From: Leptolyngbyaceae cyanobacterium
Lineage (GTDB): Bacteria; Cyanobacteriota; Cyanobacteriia; Phormidesmidales; Phormidesmidaceae
Assembly: GCA_965263355.1 (NCBI GenBank)
Contig: CBDHHL010000032.1
Span: 128,001 to 192,000 of the forward strand
Direction: 5' to 3'
Length of the DNA stretch: 64,000 nt
The notes below the pieces were generated by a model. It was not told the origin of the DNA and did not search any database. It was given only the letters and a program-made list of their open reading frames with translations. Shown here piece by piece: positions 9,931 through 18,441 of this stretch. Positions within the stretch are counted from its first letter, which is position 1, and the number at the start of each line of letters is the position of its first letter. The position numbers and the translations under genes were made by a program.

Positions 9931-11298
9931 ATGACTGCTTTTGACAAGACATCTATTCAAACGACTCAGAAATCGTTATTTCAAGCGTCGCAGCTATTCA
10001 GACTAAGTGCCTTTGCTCAAGTTAGCACCGTTGCCGTAATGGGGTTGTTTAGTACTCAGGCTGTTTTAGCGCAGACTGAGACTGGCGCAAACGAGTTAGC
10101 CATACCTCAATCAACTTTTGAGATACCAACAGCGCAACCTGCTGCTGCTCCTGTTGTTCCCGTTACGCCTGCTCCTGCTGTCCCTGTTACGCCTGCTCCT
10201 GCTGTCCCTGCTCCTGTTCCTCAAGTTGTAGAGCCAGTTACCCCCATTAGCATTGAGCCGAGCGTGCCAAGCTCCCTTGAGACTACTTCAGTTGAATCTG
10301 AGGCCGTTGACTATGGCACCGTGTTTATTCAACCTGATGAGTTGCCTAACGCTACAACATTAGAGTCGCTACTTGACGATAGTCAGTCCAGCGAGATCCC
10401 TGACGTGGATGTCATTTTACCCACTGATTATAGTACAGGTTTAATCGACACCACAGATTACAGTGTTGGGGCCACAATGCCGGACGTTGTTATTTCAGAA
10501 CGCTCTAGTGGGTGTGAGTTTTCTGTGAATGCTGGGACGCAAATTACCAATGCTGCCTGTAGGCAGGTGGAGCGGTTAACTGGTGCGATCGCAAACCGCA
10601 TACAACCTACTCAAGCTGGCGTTAGCACTGTAAATCCCATCAATATCCCAGGCATACAAATTTCTGGAGCAACAACGGCAGCCAGTCGTGACTATTACAA
10701 CCAAGCTGCCAAGTCAGTGATTGAACTGCAGCTAGGCGAGAAATTTATCTTTCCCCTGGCGATGCCTGCCCCATTGACCTCCCTATTTGGCTGGCGGATA
10801 CATCCAATTTTTGGTGCCCGGCGTTTTCATTCAGGCACTGATGTCGGCGCACCGCTGGGGACTTCTGTGGTAGCTACCCAGTCGGGTCGAGTTACGCTGT
10901 CTGACTATGCTGGTGGTTATGGCCTAATGGTGGTGTTGCGTCATAGTAATGACACCTTAGAAAGCCGCTACGCCCACCTATCGCGCCTATTGGTGCAGGT
11001 CGGTGAATGGGTTGAGCAGGGTGAGGTAATCGGGTTAGTCGGCAGCACGGGTAACTCCACTGGTCCCCATCTTCATTTTGAGCTACGCCAGCTGACAGAC
11101 AATGGTTGGGTTGTGCTCAATCCAGACTCGCTATTAAGGCAGACCCTGGGTACATTGGTACAGGCTTTAGGCAATTCTCTGGTTGCCCTATCAGATACCG
11201 CCAAACTGGAGACATCGAGTGCACCAGATGCGTTGGATGAAGAGCCTTTGGCCATAGACGGTCTACCATTTCGTCCAGCTCAACCCCACGCTAATTGA
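9931..11298 (+). CDS. M23 family metallopeptidase (peptidoglycan DD-endopeptidase)
   Basis: HSGTD (HxxxD), YAHL and STGPHLHFE motifs; signal-like N-terminus and a Pro/Ala/Val-rich linker. Confidence 0.9.
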   Translation: MTAFDKTSIQTTQKSLFQASQLFRLSAFAQVSTVAVMGLFSTQAVLAQTETGANELAIPQSTFEIPTAQPAAAPVVPVTPAPAVPVTPAPAVPAPVPQVVEPVTPISIEPSVPSSLETTSVESEAVDYGTVFIQPDELPNATTLESLLDDSQSSEIPDVDVILPTDYSTGLIDTTDYSVGATMPDVVISERSSGCEFSVNAGTQITNAACRQVERLTGAIANRIQPTQAGVSTVNPINIPGIQISGATTAASRDYYNQAAKSVIELQLGEKFIFPLAMPAPLTSLFGWRIHPIFGARRFHSGTDVGAPLGTSVVATQSGRVTLSDYAGGYGLMVVLRHSNDTLESRYAHLSRLLVQVGEWVEQGEVIGLVGSTGNSTGPHLHFELRQLTDNGWVVLNPDSLLRQTLGTLVQALGNSLVALSDTAKLETSSAPDALDEEPLAIDGLPFRPAQPHAN

Positions 11299-11336
11299 GC
11301 CTGACTACAGGCAGTAGGCCATTTTTATGAAGACAG

Positions 11337-11382
11337 AATCGGTCAGGGTAAGCATGCCAACCCTGACCGATTTTATTATTTT
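11337..11382. terminator. Intrinsic terminator between convergent genes
   Basis: AATCGGTCAGGG...CCCTGACCGATT 12-bp stem followed by a T-rich tract. Confidence 0.7.
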
Positions 11383-11428
11383 TCACCTATTTTTTACGCT
11401 CTTTGGGCCTATGCTGCCAACAGCCACC

Positions 11429-11730
11429 TCAGAATACGAATATATCGCCATTGGGTTTAATGGTGATATTGCTAATATCTGTTCCCAAGTTAGTGGTTGG
11501 ACGAAGCACAATATCTAGGCTTCCAGTAGCTGCATTAAGTTGTAATTCAGCTTGCAATAAGCCTTCTCCTGCCTGTCTATTTTTCTGAATATTCTGATCA
11601 AAGAATGTCAATGTAGTCGGCCTATTCAAGTTTTGCAACACCACATCATCCCCAGACGTTAGACTGCGGGGCTGGGTATCTCCAAGCGCTTCGTAGGTGA
11701 TAGGGGCCATTGTTTGATTACTCAGAAGGG
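11429..11730 (-). pseudogene. C-terminal fragment of a cyanobacterial hypothetical protein, probably 5'-truncated
   Basis: SNQTMAPITYEALGDTQPRSL...LQNLNRPTTLTF...GDIFVF looks protein-like; the upstream in-frame part of the 11429-11836 ORF does not and lacks a signal peptide. Confidence 0.4.
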
Positions 11731-11984
11731 AAGCTATACACCCGATGCCCTGAGTTATCCCAATGTGCTGAATGATTCCTGTGATATGGCGCATTACAAG
11801 GGAAGTTTTCGATGGGAGAAGTCTCAGCGAACCCATGTAAGTTTGTCATTGATTTCTAAGCAACCATTAAACCTTCGACCATGGACACTAGCTAAAGTAG
11901 TAGTCGTAAAGGATAAGACGTTAAACACATCGTTTTCTTCTTTTACTGTTGATAGTCAATCTAAATTCTTTGAGGTAATCCACC

Positions 11985-12164
11985 ATGTCAGAAGAAACTA
12001 AGAACATCCAGGCAGACGAGCAGATTTCGGATGAGCAGCTAACAGAAGTCTCTGGTGGCAACAGTGTTCACAAGACTCGTTTGGAGCATCTAGATAATCA
12101 GACTAAGAGTGTTAAGGATATTCAAGAGACTCGCTTAGAGCACTTGGATAACCAAACTAAGTAA
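11985..12164 (+). CDS. Double-glycine-leader peptide precursor (59 aa) with duplicated core, RiPP/bacteriocin-like
   Basis: GAGGT RBS upstream; translation MSEETKNIQADEQISDEQLTEVSGG-NSVHKTRLEHLDNQTKSVKDIQETRLEHLDNQTK*; hairpins downstream. Below the ORF-track cutoff. Confidence 0.85.
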   Translation: MSEETKNIQADEQISDEQLTEVSGGNSVHKTRLEHLDNQTKSVKDIQETRLEHLDNQTK

Positions 12165-12240
12165 TCTTTGCTTGGCCTATTCAATTAATTTGTTGTATTG
12201 AATGGGCCTGGTATTGTTATCCAAATGATTACTGTTTTTT

Positions 12241-12280
12241 GAGCCTCTAACTCTGGGAGTTTAGAGGCTTTATTTTTTGT
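12241..12280. terminator. Terminator hairpin between peptide gene and TSUP gene
   Basis: AGCCTCTAA...TTAGAGGCT followed by a T-tract; a second hairpin GGCCTATTCAAT/ATTGAATGGGCC at about 12174-12208. Confidence 0.65.
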
Positions 12281-12284
12281 TCTA

Positions 12285-13043
12285 TTAGCCCAAGATATCG
12301 AACAACAATTTTGAGGCCATTAAAAAGCAAACTACAGCAACAACTGGGCGAATTAAGGCTGCACCTTTGGCTAAAACGATCCTAGCGCCAATGGAGGAAC
12401 CGATCACTTGGCCCACCAGCATGACTAACCCCACGTTCCAATAGACATCGCCAAAGGCAAGAAAGTACATCAGCGACGATACATTACTGGTGCAGTTGAG
12501 AATCTTAGTATGGGCCGTTGCTTTAGTGAGGTTATAGCCCCGTAAACTGACCAACGATAGAGCCATAAACATGCCGGTACCGGGGCCAAAAAAGCCATCG
12601 TAGAAACCGAGCAACGGTGCAATTAGTAATGAAAATGGGTTGTGAGTTATACGTTGCTGTTGGTCAGTGATGCCCAGCTGAGGCGACAGGGCAAAGTAGA
12701 CTCCCATACTAATAAGTAAGAAAGGAATAACTGCTTTGAGAATGGTGCTTTCTATTTGTAGTACAAGCCAGACACCAAATACGGCCCCTAAAAAGGTCAT
12801 CAAAACTGTTAGTTTTATAGCTTGCAGACGAACAATCTGTTGGCGCAGAAAATAAATAGATGCGACTAATGTGCCACCACTGCCTTGCAGTTTATTAGTG
12901 GCCAGAGCCACTGTCGGAGGCATACCCACCATCAACATTATTGGCAGTACAATCAGTCCGCCGCCACCGGCAATGGTATCAACACAACCTGCCACCATCG
13001 CCACTACAAACAGTAGTGCTACCGTATCGATGCTTAAATGCAT
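12285..13043 (-). CDS. TSUP family (TauE/SafE, YfcA-like) membrane transporter
   Basis: AGCVDTIAGGGGLI, ALATNKLQ and GFYDGFFGPGTG motifs. Confidence 0.9.
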   Translation of the reverse strand: MHLSIDTVALLFVVAMVAGCVDTIAGGGGLIVLPIMLMVGMPPTVALATNKLQGSGGTLVASIYFLRQQIVRLQAIKLTVLMTFLGAVFGVWLVLQIESTILKAVIPFLLISMGVYFALSPQLGITDQQQRITHNPFSLLIAPLLGFYDGFFGPGTGMFMALSLVSLRGYNLTKATAHTKILNCTSNVSSLMYFLAFGDVYWNVGLVMLVGQVIGSSIGARIVLAKGAALIRPVVAVVCFLMASKLLFDILG

Positions 13044-13158
13044 GTTGCCCTCGGAAAATTAACCTAACTCCAGGCAACCTACCATGTAGAAAATCTTTAC
13101 TGAAGTTTATCTGGCTATCCACAGAGGCTGAGCAATTTTTTACTAAAACTGAGCAATT

Positions 13159-13296
13159 GGGACTGGTTCCGCCTGATGGGATGATTCAGCCAAAATGCTT
13201 GTAATGCAAGGGATACAGACGTTTTAGAAGAAGCTCGCTAAAATCGTTACTCTATAGGCCTTTCAGGCATTTTTCCCATTATACGGAACCAGTGCC
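13159..13296. mobile_element. MITE (138 bp) with 8-bp target duplication, ISL3-like
   Basis: TIRs GGGACTGGTTCCG / CGGAACCAGTGCC, flanked on both sides by GAGCAATT (13151-13158 and 13297-13304). Confidence 0.8.
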
Positions 13297-13441
13297 GAGC
13301 AATTGGATTCAAGAATTATTTTAGCGATTGCTTAATAGTAGTGATGGCGACAAACCTAATTCGTTCCACCGACCTATTCTAGTCAAAGGGGCAGGGGCAG
13401 GGGCTTCAGCAGAATAGGCTAACGGGCCATAAAACAAACTC

Positions 13442-14326
13442 CTAGCGACTAAATAACAGCCATATGCCAATCAGGGCGACGATGGCTCCGCAGGTGGCTC
13501 GAAAGGTAATGCGCTCGCCAATCATCAGGGCCATGGGGAGAACCATGATGGGGCTAGTGGCCAGGAGTGATTGGGCGATGCCAGCAGGAGAATATTTTAG
13601 GGCGATTTGCTGTAGCCAGATGGCCAGATAAGTGCCAAAAAAGGCTGCGATCGCAACTCCCCCCAATAATCGACCAGACGGACGTATAAACATCTGTTCT
13701 TTTCTACGCCACAACAACAACCCACCAATACACACGAGTCCTGCTGAGAGTCTAAGCAAACTACTCCATAACGGATCAACAATAGTGTCTGCCAACGCCG
13801 CCCGCGACAGCACACTGCCAATGGACTGGCCGAGGGCGGCCATGATGCCAAAAAAGATCCCCTTAGTTAAAGCCGCGTTTGACTTAACACTACTCACCGT
13901 AGGACTACGCTCACTCACCACCCAGATAATGCCTGCCAGTGTGAGCGCCATCCCGCTCCAGGCTAAAACCGGCAGTTGCTCCTGCAAAAAAACTAGGGAC
14001 ATCAAAGCCGCCATCGGTGGTGCCAGCATTTCCAGCAATAATGCCTGGCGTGCCCCCAAGGTATTTACCGTCGCAAAGTAAGCCGTATCCCCCAGCCCAA
14101 TGCCCACCACACCGCTAATCAACAGCAGCCATACCGAACCCATTGGCAATGACGACATTAACTGTTGCCGCACCGCCAACGTCAGCACGATAAACCCAAT
14201 CGCCATTGCCCCCTTGATCAAGTTCAGCACCAATGGCGACAGCTGTTTTCCTAATCGACCAAACATCAATGTGGCAAATGCCCACAGCCCTGCTGCACTC
14301 AGCGCTGCAATTTCCCCTTGAAACAT
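13442..14326 (-). CDS. DMT/EamA family transporter
   Basis: About 10 hydrophobic helices in two repeats; SGVVGIGLGDTAYF motif. Confidence 0.88.
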   Translation of the reverse strand: MFQGEIAALSAAGLWAFATLMFGRLGKQLSPLVLNLIKGAMAIGFIVLTLAVRQQLMSSLPMGSVWLLLISGVVGIGLGDTAYFATVNTLGARQALLLEMLAPPMAALMSLVFLQEQLPVLAWSGMALTLAGIIWVVSERSPTVSSVKSNAALTKGIFFGIMAALGQSIGSVLSRAALADTIVDPLWSSLLRLSAGLVCIGGLLLWRRKEQMFIRPSGRLLGGVAIAAFFGTYLAIWLQQIALKYSPAGIAQSLLATSPIMVLPMALMIGERITFRATCGAIVALIGIWLLFSR

Positions 14327-14430
14327 GTTTACTATGTAAGTACTGGAGTCAGCGTAAGCCGTGAAGGGGGGAGTGGTGAAGGGTGAAGGTTGAATCGTGG
14401 TTGTAAATCTTGCATAGAGAATCGTTCAGT

Positions 14431-15534
14431 ATGTCAGTATCCGTAAAATCAGACCAAGTATCCCATCAATCACCAATCACCAATCACCAATCACTTCCCC
14501 CTAACCTGAAATTCCGCCTCGCCACCCCCTTAAAGATCGGTACTATCGCAGTTTACAGCCGAGTATTGCAATCACCTTTGTCTGGAGTGACCGATCTAGT
14601 TTTTCGTCGATTGGTACGTCGTTACGCGCCCCAGTCAATGATGTATACCGAAATGGTGAGTGCAGCTGAGCTACATCATGTGCGCAAGCTACCAAAGGTG
14701 ATGGAGGTGGATCCGGATGAACGGCCCATCAGTATTCAATTATTTGACCGCAGACCTGAGTTTCTGGCAGAAGCAGCGCAAAAAGCCGTTGATCAGGGGG
14801 CGGACACTATTGATATCAATATGGGGTGCCCCGTTAATAAAATTACGAAGAATGGCGGTGGCTCATCGCTGTTGCGGGACCCTGATACGGCTGCCCGCAT
14901 AATTGAAACCGTCAGCGCTGCTGTCCCTGTCCCTGTGACGGCGAAGACTCGTATTGGCTGGTCTGAGGACAATATTAATGCGGTAGAGTTTGCTCGTCGG
15001 CTTGAATCGGCTGGCGCTCAAATGCTGACGCTCCATGGTCGCACCCGTTCCCAAGGCTACAACGGGACTGCTGACTGGAGTTGGATTGCCAAAGTCAAAC
15101 AGGCCCTGTCAATTCCAGTGATTGCCAATGGCGATATTTTTTCAGTCGATGCGGCCATTGATTGCTTAGAGCAAACCCAGGCCGATGGGGTGATGTGCTC
15201 CCGTGGCACCCTGGGGTATCCCTTTCTAGTAGGCGAAATTGATCACTTTCTTAAGACAGGCGAGCGGCAGAAGCCACCCACAGTTATCGAGCGTCTACGA
15301 TGCGCCCAGGAACACTTAATTATGCTGGCTGATTACAAAGGAAAAAGCGGGATTCGTCAGGCCCGTAAGCATATGGCCTGGTATGCAAAGGGCTTTGACG
15401 GAGCAGCAGAGCTACGTGATCAGCTATGCCGAATCGAATCCGTAGAGGAAGGGTGTGGACTATTAGACGAGGCGATTACGGTAATCTCCCTAGAACTTTG
15501 CCACCATAGCCACCTAAAGACCGCTATAGTATAA
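14431..15534 (+). CDS. dusB: tRNA dihydrouridine synthase DusB
   Basis: DINMGCPVNKI, TLHGRTR, IANGDI and ARKHMAWY motifs; ATG 14431 chosen over TTG 14410. Confidence 0.9.
   Translation: MSVSVKSDQVSHQSPITNHQSLPPNLKFRLATPLKIGTIAVYSRVLQSPLSGVTDLVFRRLVRRYAPQSMMYTEMVSAAELHHVRKLPKVMEVDPDERPISIQLFDRRPEFLAEAAQKAVDQGADTIDINMGCPVNKITKNGGGSSLLRDPDTAARIIETVSAAVPVPVTAKTRIGWSEDNINAVEFARRLESAGAQMLTLHGRTRSQGYNGTADWSWIAKVKQALSIPVIANGDIFSVDAAIDCLEQTQADGVMCSRGTLGYPFLVGEIDHFLKTGERQKPPTVIERLRCAQEHLIMLADYKGKSGIRQARKHMAWYAKGFDGAAELRDQLCRIESVEEGCGLLDEAITVISLELCHHSHLKTAIV
14467..14494 (+). repeat. Heptamer tandem repeat (CACCAAT)n, STRR-like
   Basis: CAATCACCAATCACCAATCACCAATCAC in the 5' part of dusB. Confidence 0.7.
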
Positions 15535-15567
15535 GCATTTTCAACGCGTTTCCGGGCCAATATCAGC

Positions 15568-16215
15568 ATGTCTTACGCCACCTACAGTTCCAGAGCAGAT
15601 ATGGGCGAACTTCGCCGTTTACGTAGTCTGCTACCCCCAGAACTGCAAAGCTGGGTTACGGTAGAACCCGCTATGGATGTAGGGCCACCGCTGATTACGT
15701 CTGAAGAACTGGGCAAGGATCAAGTCGAAGTTCAGATTGATCTGCCAAAATGGGAGCAGTTGGCCATTGACCAGCGCAATTTATTGTTCTGGCACGAAGT
15801 TGCGCGGGTGCAAAACGATACGATTCCGCGTGATGGTTGGGAAATGGCTGCCCTGGCCATTGGTCTTGGAGGTGCCGTGGGAGAACTCTGGGTCCAGGAT
15901 GGTTTACTCCTGATGTTAGCCTTAGGACTCTGTGGTATTTCCGGTTGGCGTCTATATAAGCGTAATAACGCTGAAAAAACCTTAAAAGAGGCGATGGATG
16001 CTGACGAGAAAGCCATTGCCCTAGCGACTCGATTTGGTTATTCGTTACCCAATGCCTACAAGAGTCTGGGTAGCGCCCTAAAAACCCTGATTGAGCAAAC
16101 GCCTAAGAAAAAGCAACGCGATCGCTATGTTAAGCGTTTAGAAGCGTTGAAACGTAGCGCTAATCGAGCTAAGGATCGAATTCGCTCGGATCGTGATGCG
16201 TCACGGGCTTACTAA
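15568..16215 (+). CDS. Conserved cyanobacterial membrane protein (DUF3318-like)
   Basis: ELRRLRSLLPPELQSW, QRNLLFWHEV and DGWEMAALAIGLGGAVGELW motifs. Confidence 0.75.
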   Translation: MSYATYSSRADMGELRRLRSLLPPELQSWVTVEPAMDVGPPLITSEELGKDQVEVQIDLPKWEQLAIDQRNLLFWHEVARVQNDTIPRDGWEMAALAIGLGGAVGELWVQDGLLLMLALGLCGISGWRLYKRNNAEKTLKEAMDADEKAIALATRFGYSLPNAYKSLGSALKTLIEQTPKKKQRDRYVKRLEALKRSANRAKDRIRSDRDASRAY

Positions 16216-17154
16216 ACAATGTCAATTTGTAGCTTGTCGATTCTTCTACAGAAAAACCAAGTTCTGGACGTGCTCAGCATTGAGCTTATCAACTTTTTGC
16301 AAAAAGACTCGAAACTGTTTCTATTTTTACAGAACTGAGGGTAAGTAGGCGCATCTAACTGGGAATAAGTATGCCTGTAGCTTACTTTGTCTTACGGATT
16401 AAGTTACATTCGAGGAATTTTGTAAAGAATTTATCTAAAACCTGTTTGCTTTCGCCTAAATATCATAAAGATTTTCTCAACTCAGTCGAGCAGAGGTTTG
16501 GAGCGTTTACTATGTAAGGTAACTGTTTACCCTACGTTAATGTGCTGCCTGTAAAAGCCTGATGGTAAGCTATCTGGCTAAGATAAGGTTCCTGAAAATA
16601 TATCGTGACAGTTAAAGAACATGTAAAGCGGACGTTTAAAAGTTAGTTGAGTCGCTTGGGTAATTGAGAAACATCAAGTGTTTATCTAGAGTTGAGTAAA
16701 TATGTAAGAAATGTTGGTCTTTAAAGAAATAGCTGATGTTTCGGTTGTTATCCTTTCGACCATATGTTTTTTTCTATATCCAAAACTCTAGTCCATAACA
16801 GCTTGAGTCATTGTTTTTGTTGTATAAAGCGAGCCAGTTTCTGTTGATTCAGTATTATCAATTAAACAGTTTTTTGCTAGGTTTTTATACTTGCCTTAGC
16901 AAATGTTTGTCAGATAAAACCCTTGGATTTTTTGAACGCTGTTTTGGGAACCCTTGGTTTAACTGCTTGTATCTTCAGAAAAGTGCCATTTAGTTTGTCG
17001 TATTTGCGAAAGACATATCAGGCATTTTGTAGGACTGTATTATTGGAGCTTAGGAAAATTCCTTTAGCTTCAGAATTCGGTCTCTTGGTTTTTAGCCCTG
17101 CTCGCGCTTGTTGCTAATTTATTGACCGCGACATCAGTAGTCAGAGCGATTCTC

Positions 17155-18417
17155 ATGCGTATACTCATTTATTCGTACAATTATCATCCTGAGCCTATCG
17201 GTATTGCCCCTTTGATGACCGAGTTAGCTGAAGGGTTAGTGACTAAGGGGCATGAGGTAAGGGTGGTAACGGCTATGCCGAATTACCCTCAACGTAGAAT
17301 TTATCCTGACTATCGTGGTCAACTTTACTGCCAGGAAGAGCGTAACGGTGTTATTATCCAGCGCTGCTACGTTGCTATCCATCCCAATCCTGGTGTGATT
17401 ACTCGCATATTGTTGGATGGCAGTTTTGCATTATTTAGCTTTTTTCATGCCCTGAAGGGATGGCGACCGGACGTTATTTTATCTACTAGTCCATCTTTGC
17501 CAGCCTGTATCCCTGTGGCATTGTTGAAGTTGCTTTACGGATGTCCTACGGTGCTTAGTTTACAGGACATTTTGCCGGAGGCAGCTGTGCGTACAGGTCT
17601 AATTAGTAATCGACTAGCTATTCGCATTTTTGAGGTGCTCGAAAAATTTGCCTATGCCAGTGCAACGCGCATCGGTGTGATTACGGACAGCTTTGCCAGG
17701 AATCTTGTCAGCAAAGGTGTGCCGAGTGGCAAGCTTAAGCGAATCCCAAATTGGGTTGACACCAACTTTATTCGTCCTTTGCCTAAGTACGACAATCAGT
17801 TTCGCCAGAAACATGGTCTGCAAGATAAGTTTATTGTTCTTTATTCAGGAAATATTGCCCGTACCCAGGGGGTGAGAACCATTATTCATGCAGCCGATGC
17901 TCTGCGACATGTCCCTGGCATTGAGTTTGTGATTGTGGGTGAAGAGCGCCAGTTAGGCGATTTACGGGACCTGCGTGATGAGTTAGGCGTTACCAACGTT
18001 ACCCTTTTACCCTTTGCACCGCGTAAAGAGTTGCCAACTATGTTAGCGGCGGCTGATGTATCGCTAATTATGCAAAAGGCAAGTGTTGTGGGCTTTAATA
18101 TGCCCTCTAAGACGATGGTGCTGTTGGCGAGTGGTCGTCCCATTATTGCCTCTGTACCTGATGGTGGAGCGGCTGCCCAAGCTGTGCGAGATAGTGGCGG
18201 TGGTTTAGTGATAGAACCTGAAAAGCCCAAAGCATTAGCTCGGGCTATTCAAACGCTTTACAGCGATCCTGACCAGATGAAACAGCTGGGTAAACGGGGC
18301 CGTAGTTTTGCTATCTCAAATTATTCCTTTGAGCAATCCCTTGAGGGATATGAATCTCTACTAGCTAGTCTAGTTAATAAGGCCAGCACTGCTACACCGA
18401 TTAACCCTACAGCTTAA
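17155..18417 (+). CDS. Glycosyltransferase family 4 (WcaI-like)
   Basis: MRILIYSYNYHPEPIGIA start, YSGNI and MPSK motifs, LASGRPII. Confidence 0.9.
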   Translation: MRILIYSYNYHPEPIGIAPLMTELAEGLVTKGHEVRVVTAMPNYPQRRIYPDYRGQLYCQEERNGVIIQRCYVAIHPNPGVITRILLDGSFALFSFFHALKGWRPDVILSTSPSLPACIPVALLKLLYGCPTVLSLQDILPEAAVRTGLISNRLAIRIFEVLEKFAYASATRIGVITDSFARNLVSKGVPSGKLKRIPNWVDTNFIRPLPKYDNQFRQKHGLQDKFIVLYSGNIARTQGVRTIIHAADALRHVPGIEFVIVGEERQLGDLRDLRDELGVTNVTLLPFAPRKELPTMLAAADVSLIMQKASVVGFNMPSKTMVLLASGRPIIASVPDGGAAAQAVRDSGGGLVIEPEKPKALARAIQTLYSDPDQMKQLGKRGRSFAISNYSFEQSLEGYESLLASLVNKASTATPINPTA

Positions 18418-18441
18418 TTGAGAGAATCTTGATTAGCTTGA

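Noticed and set aside
10135..10222. Tandem PAPAVPVT-coding repeats
   Set aside because: Ordinary low-complexity linker in the M23 peptidase.
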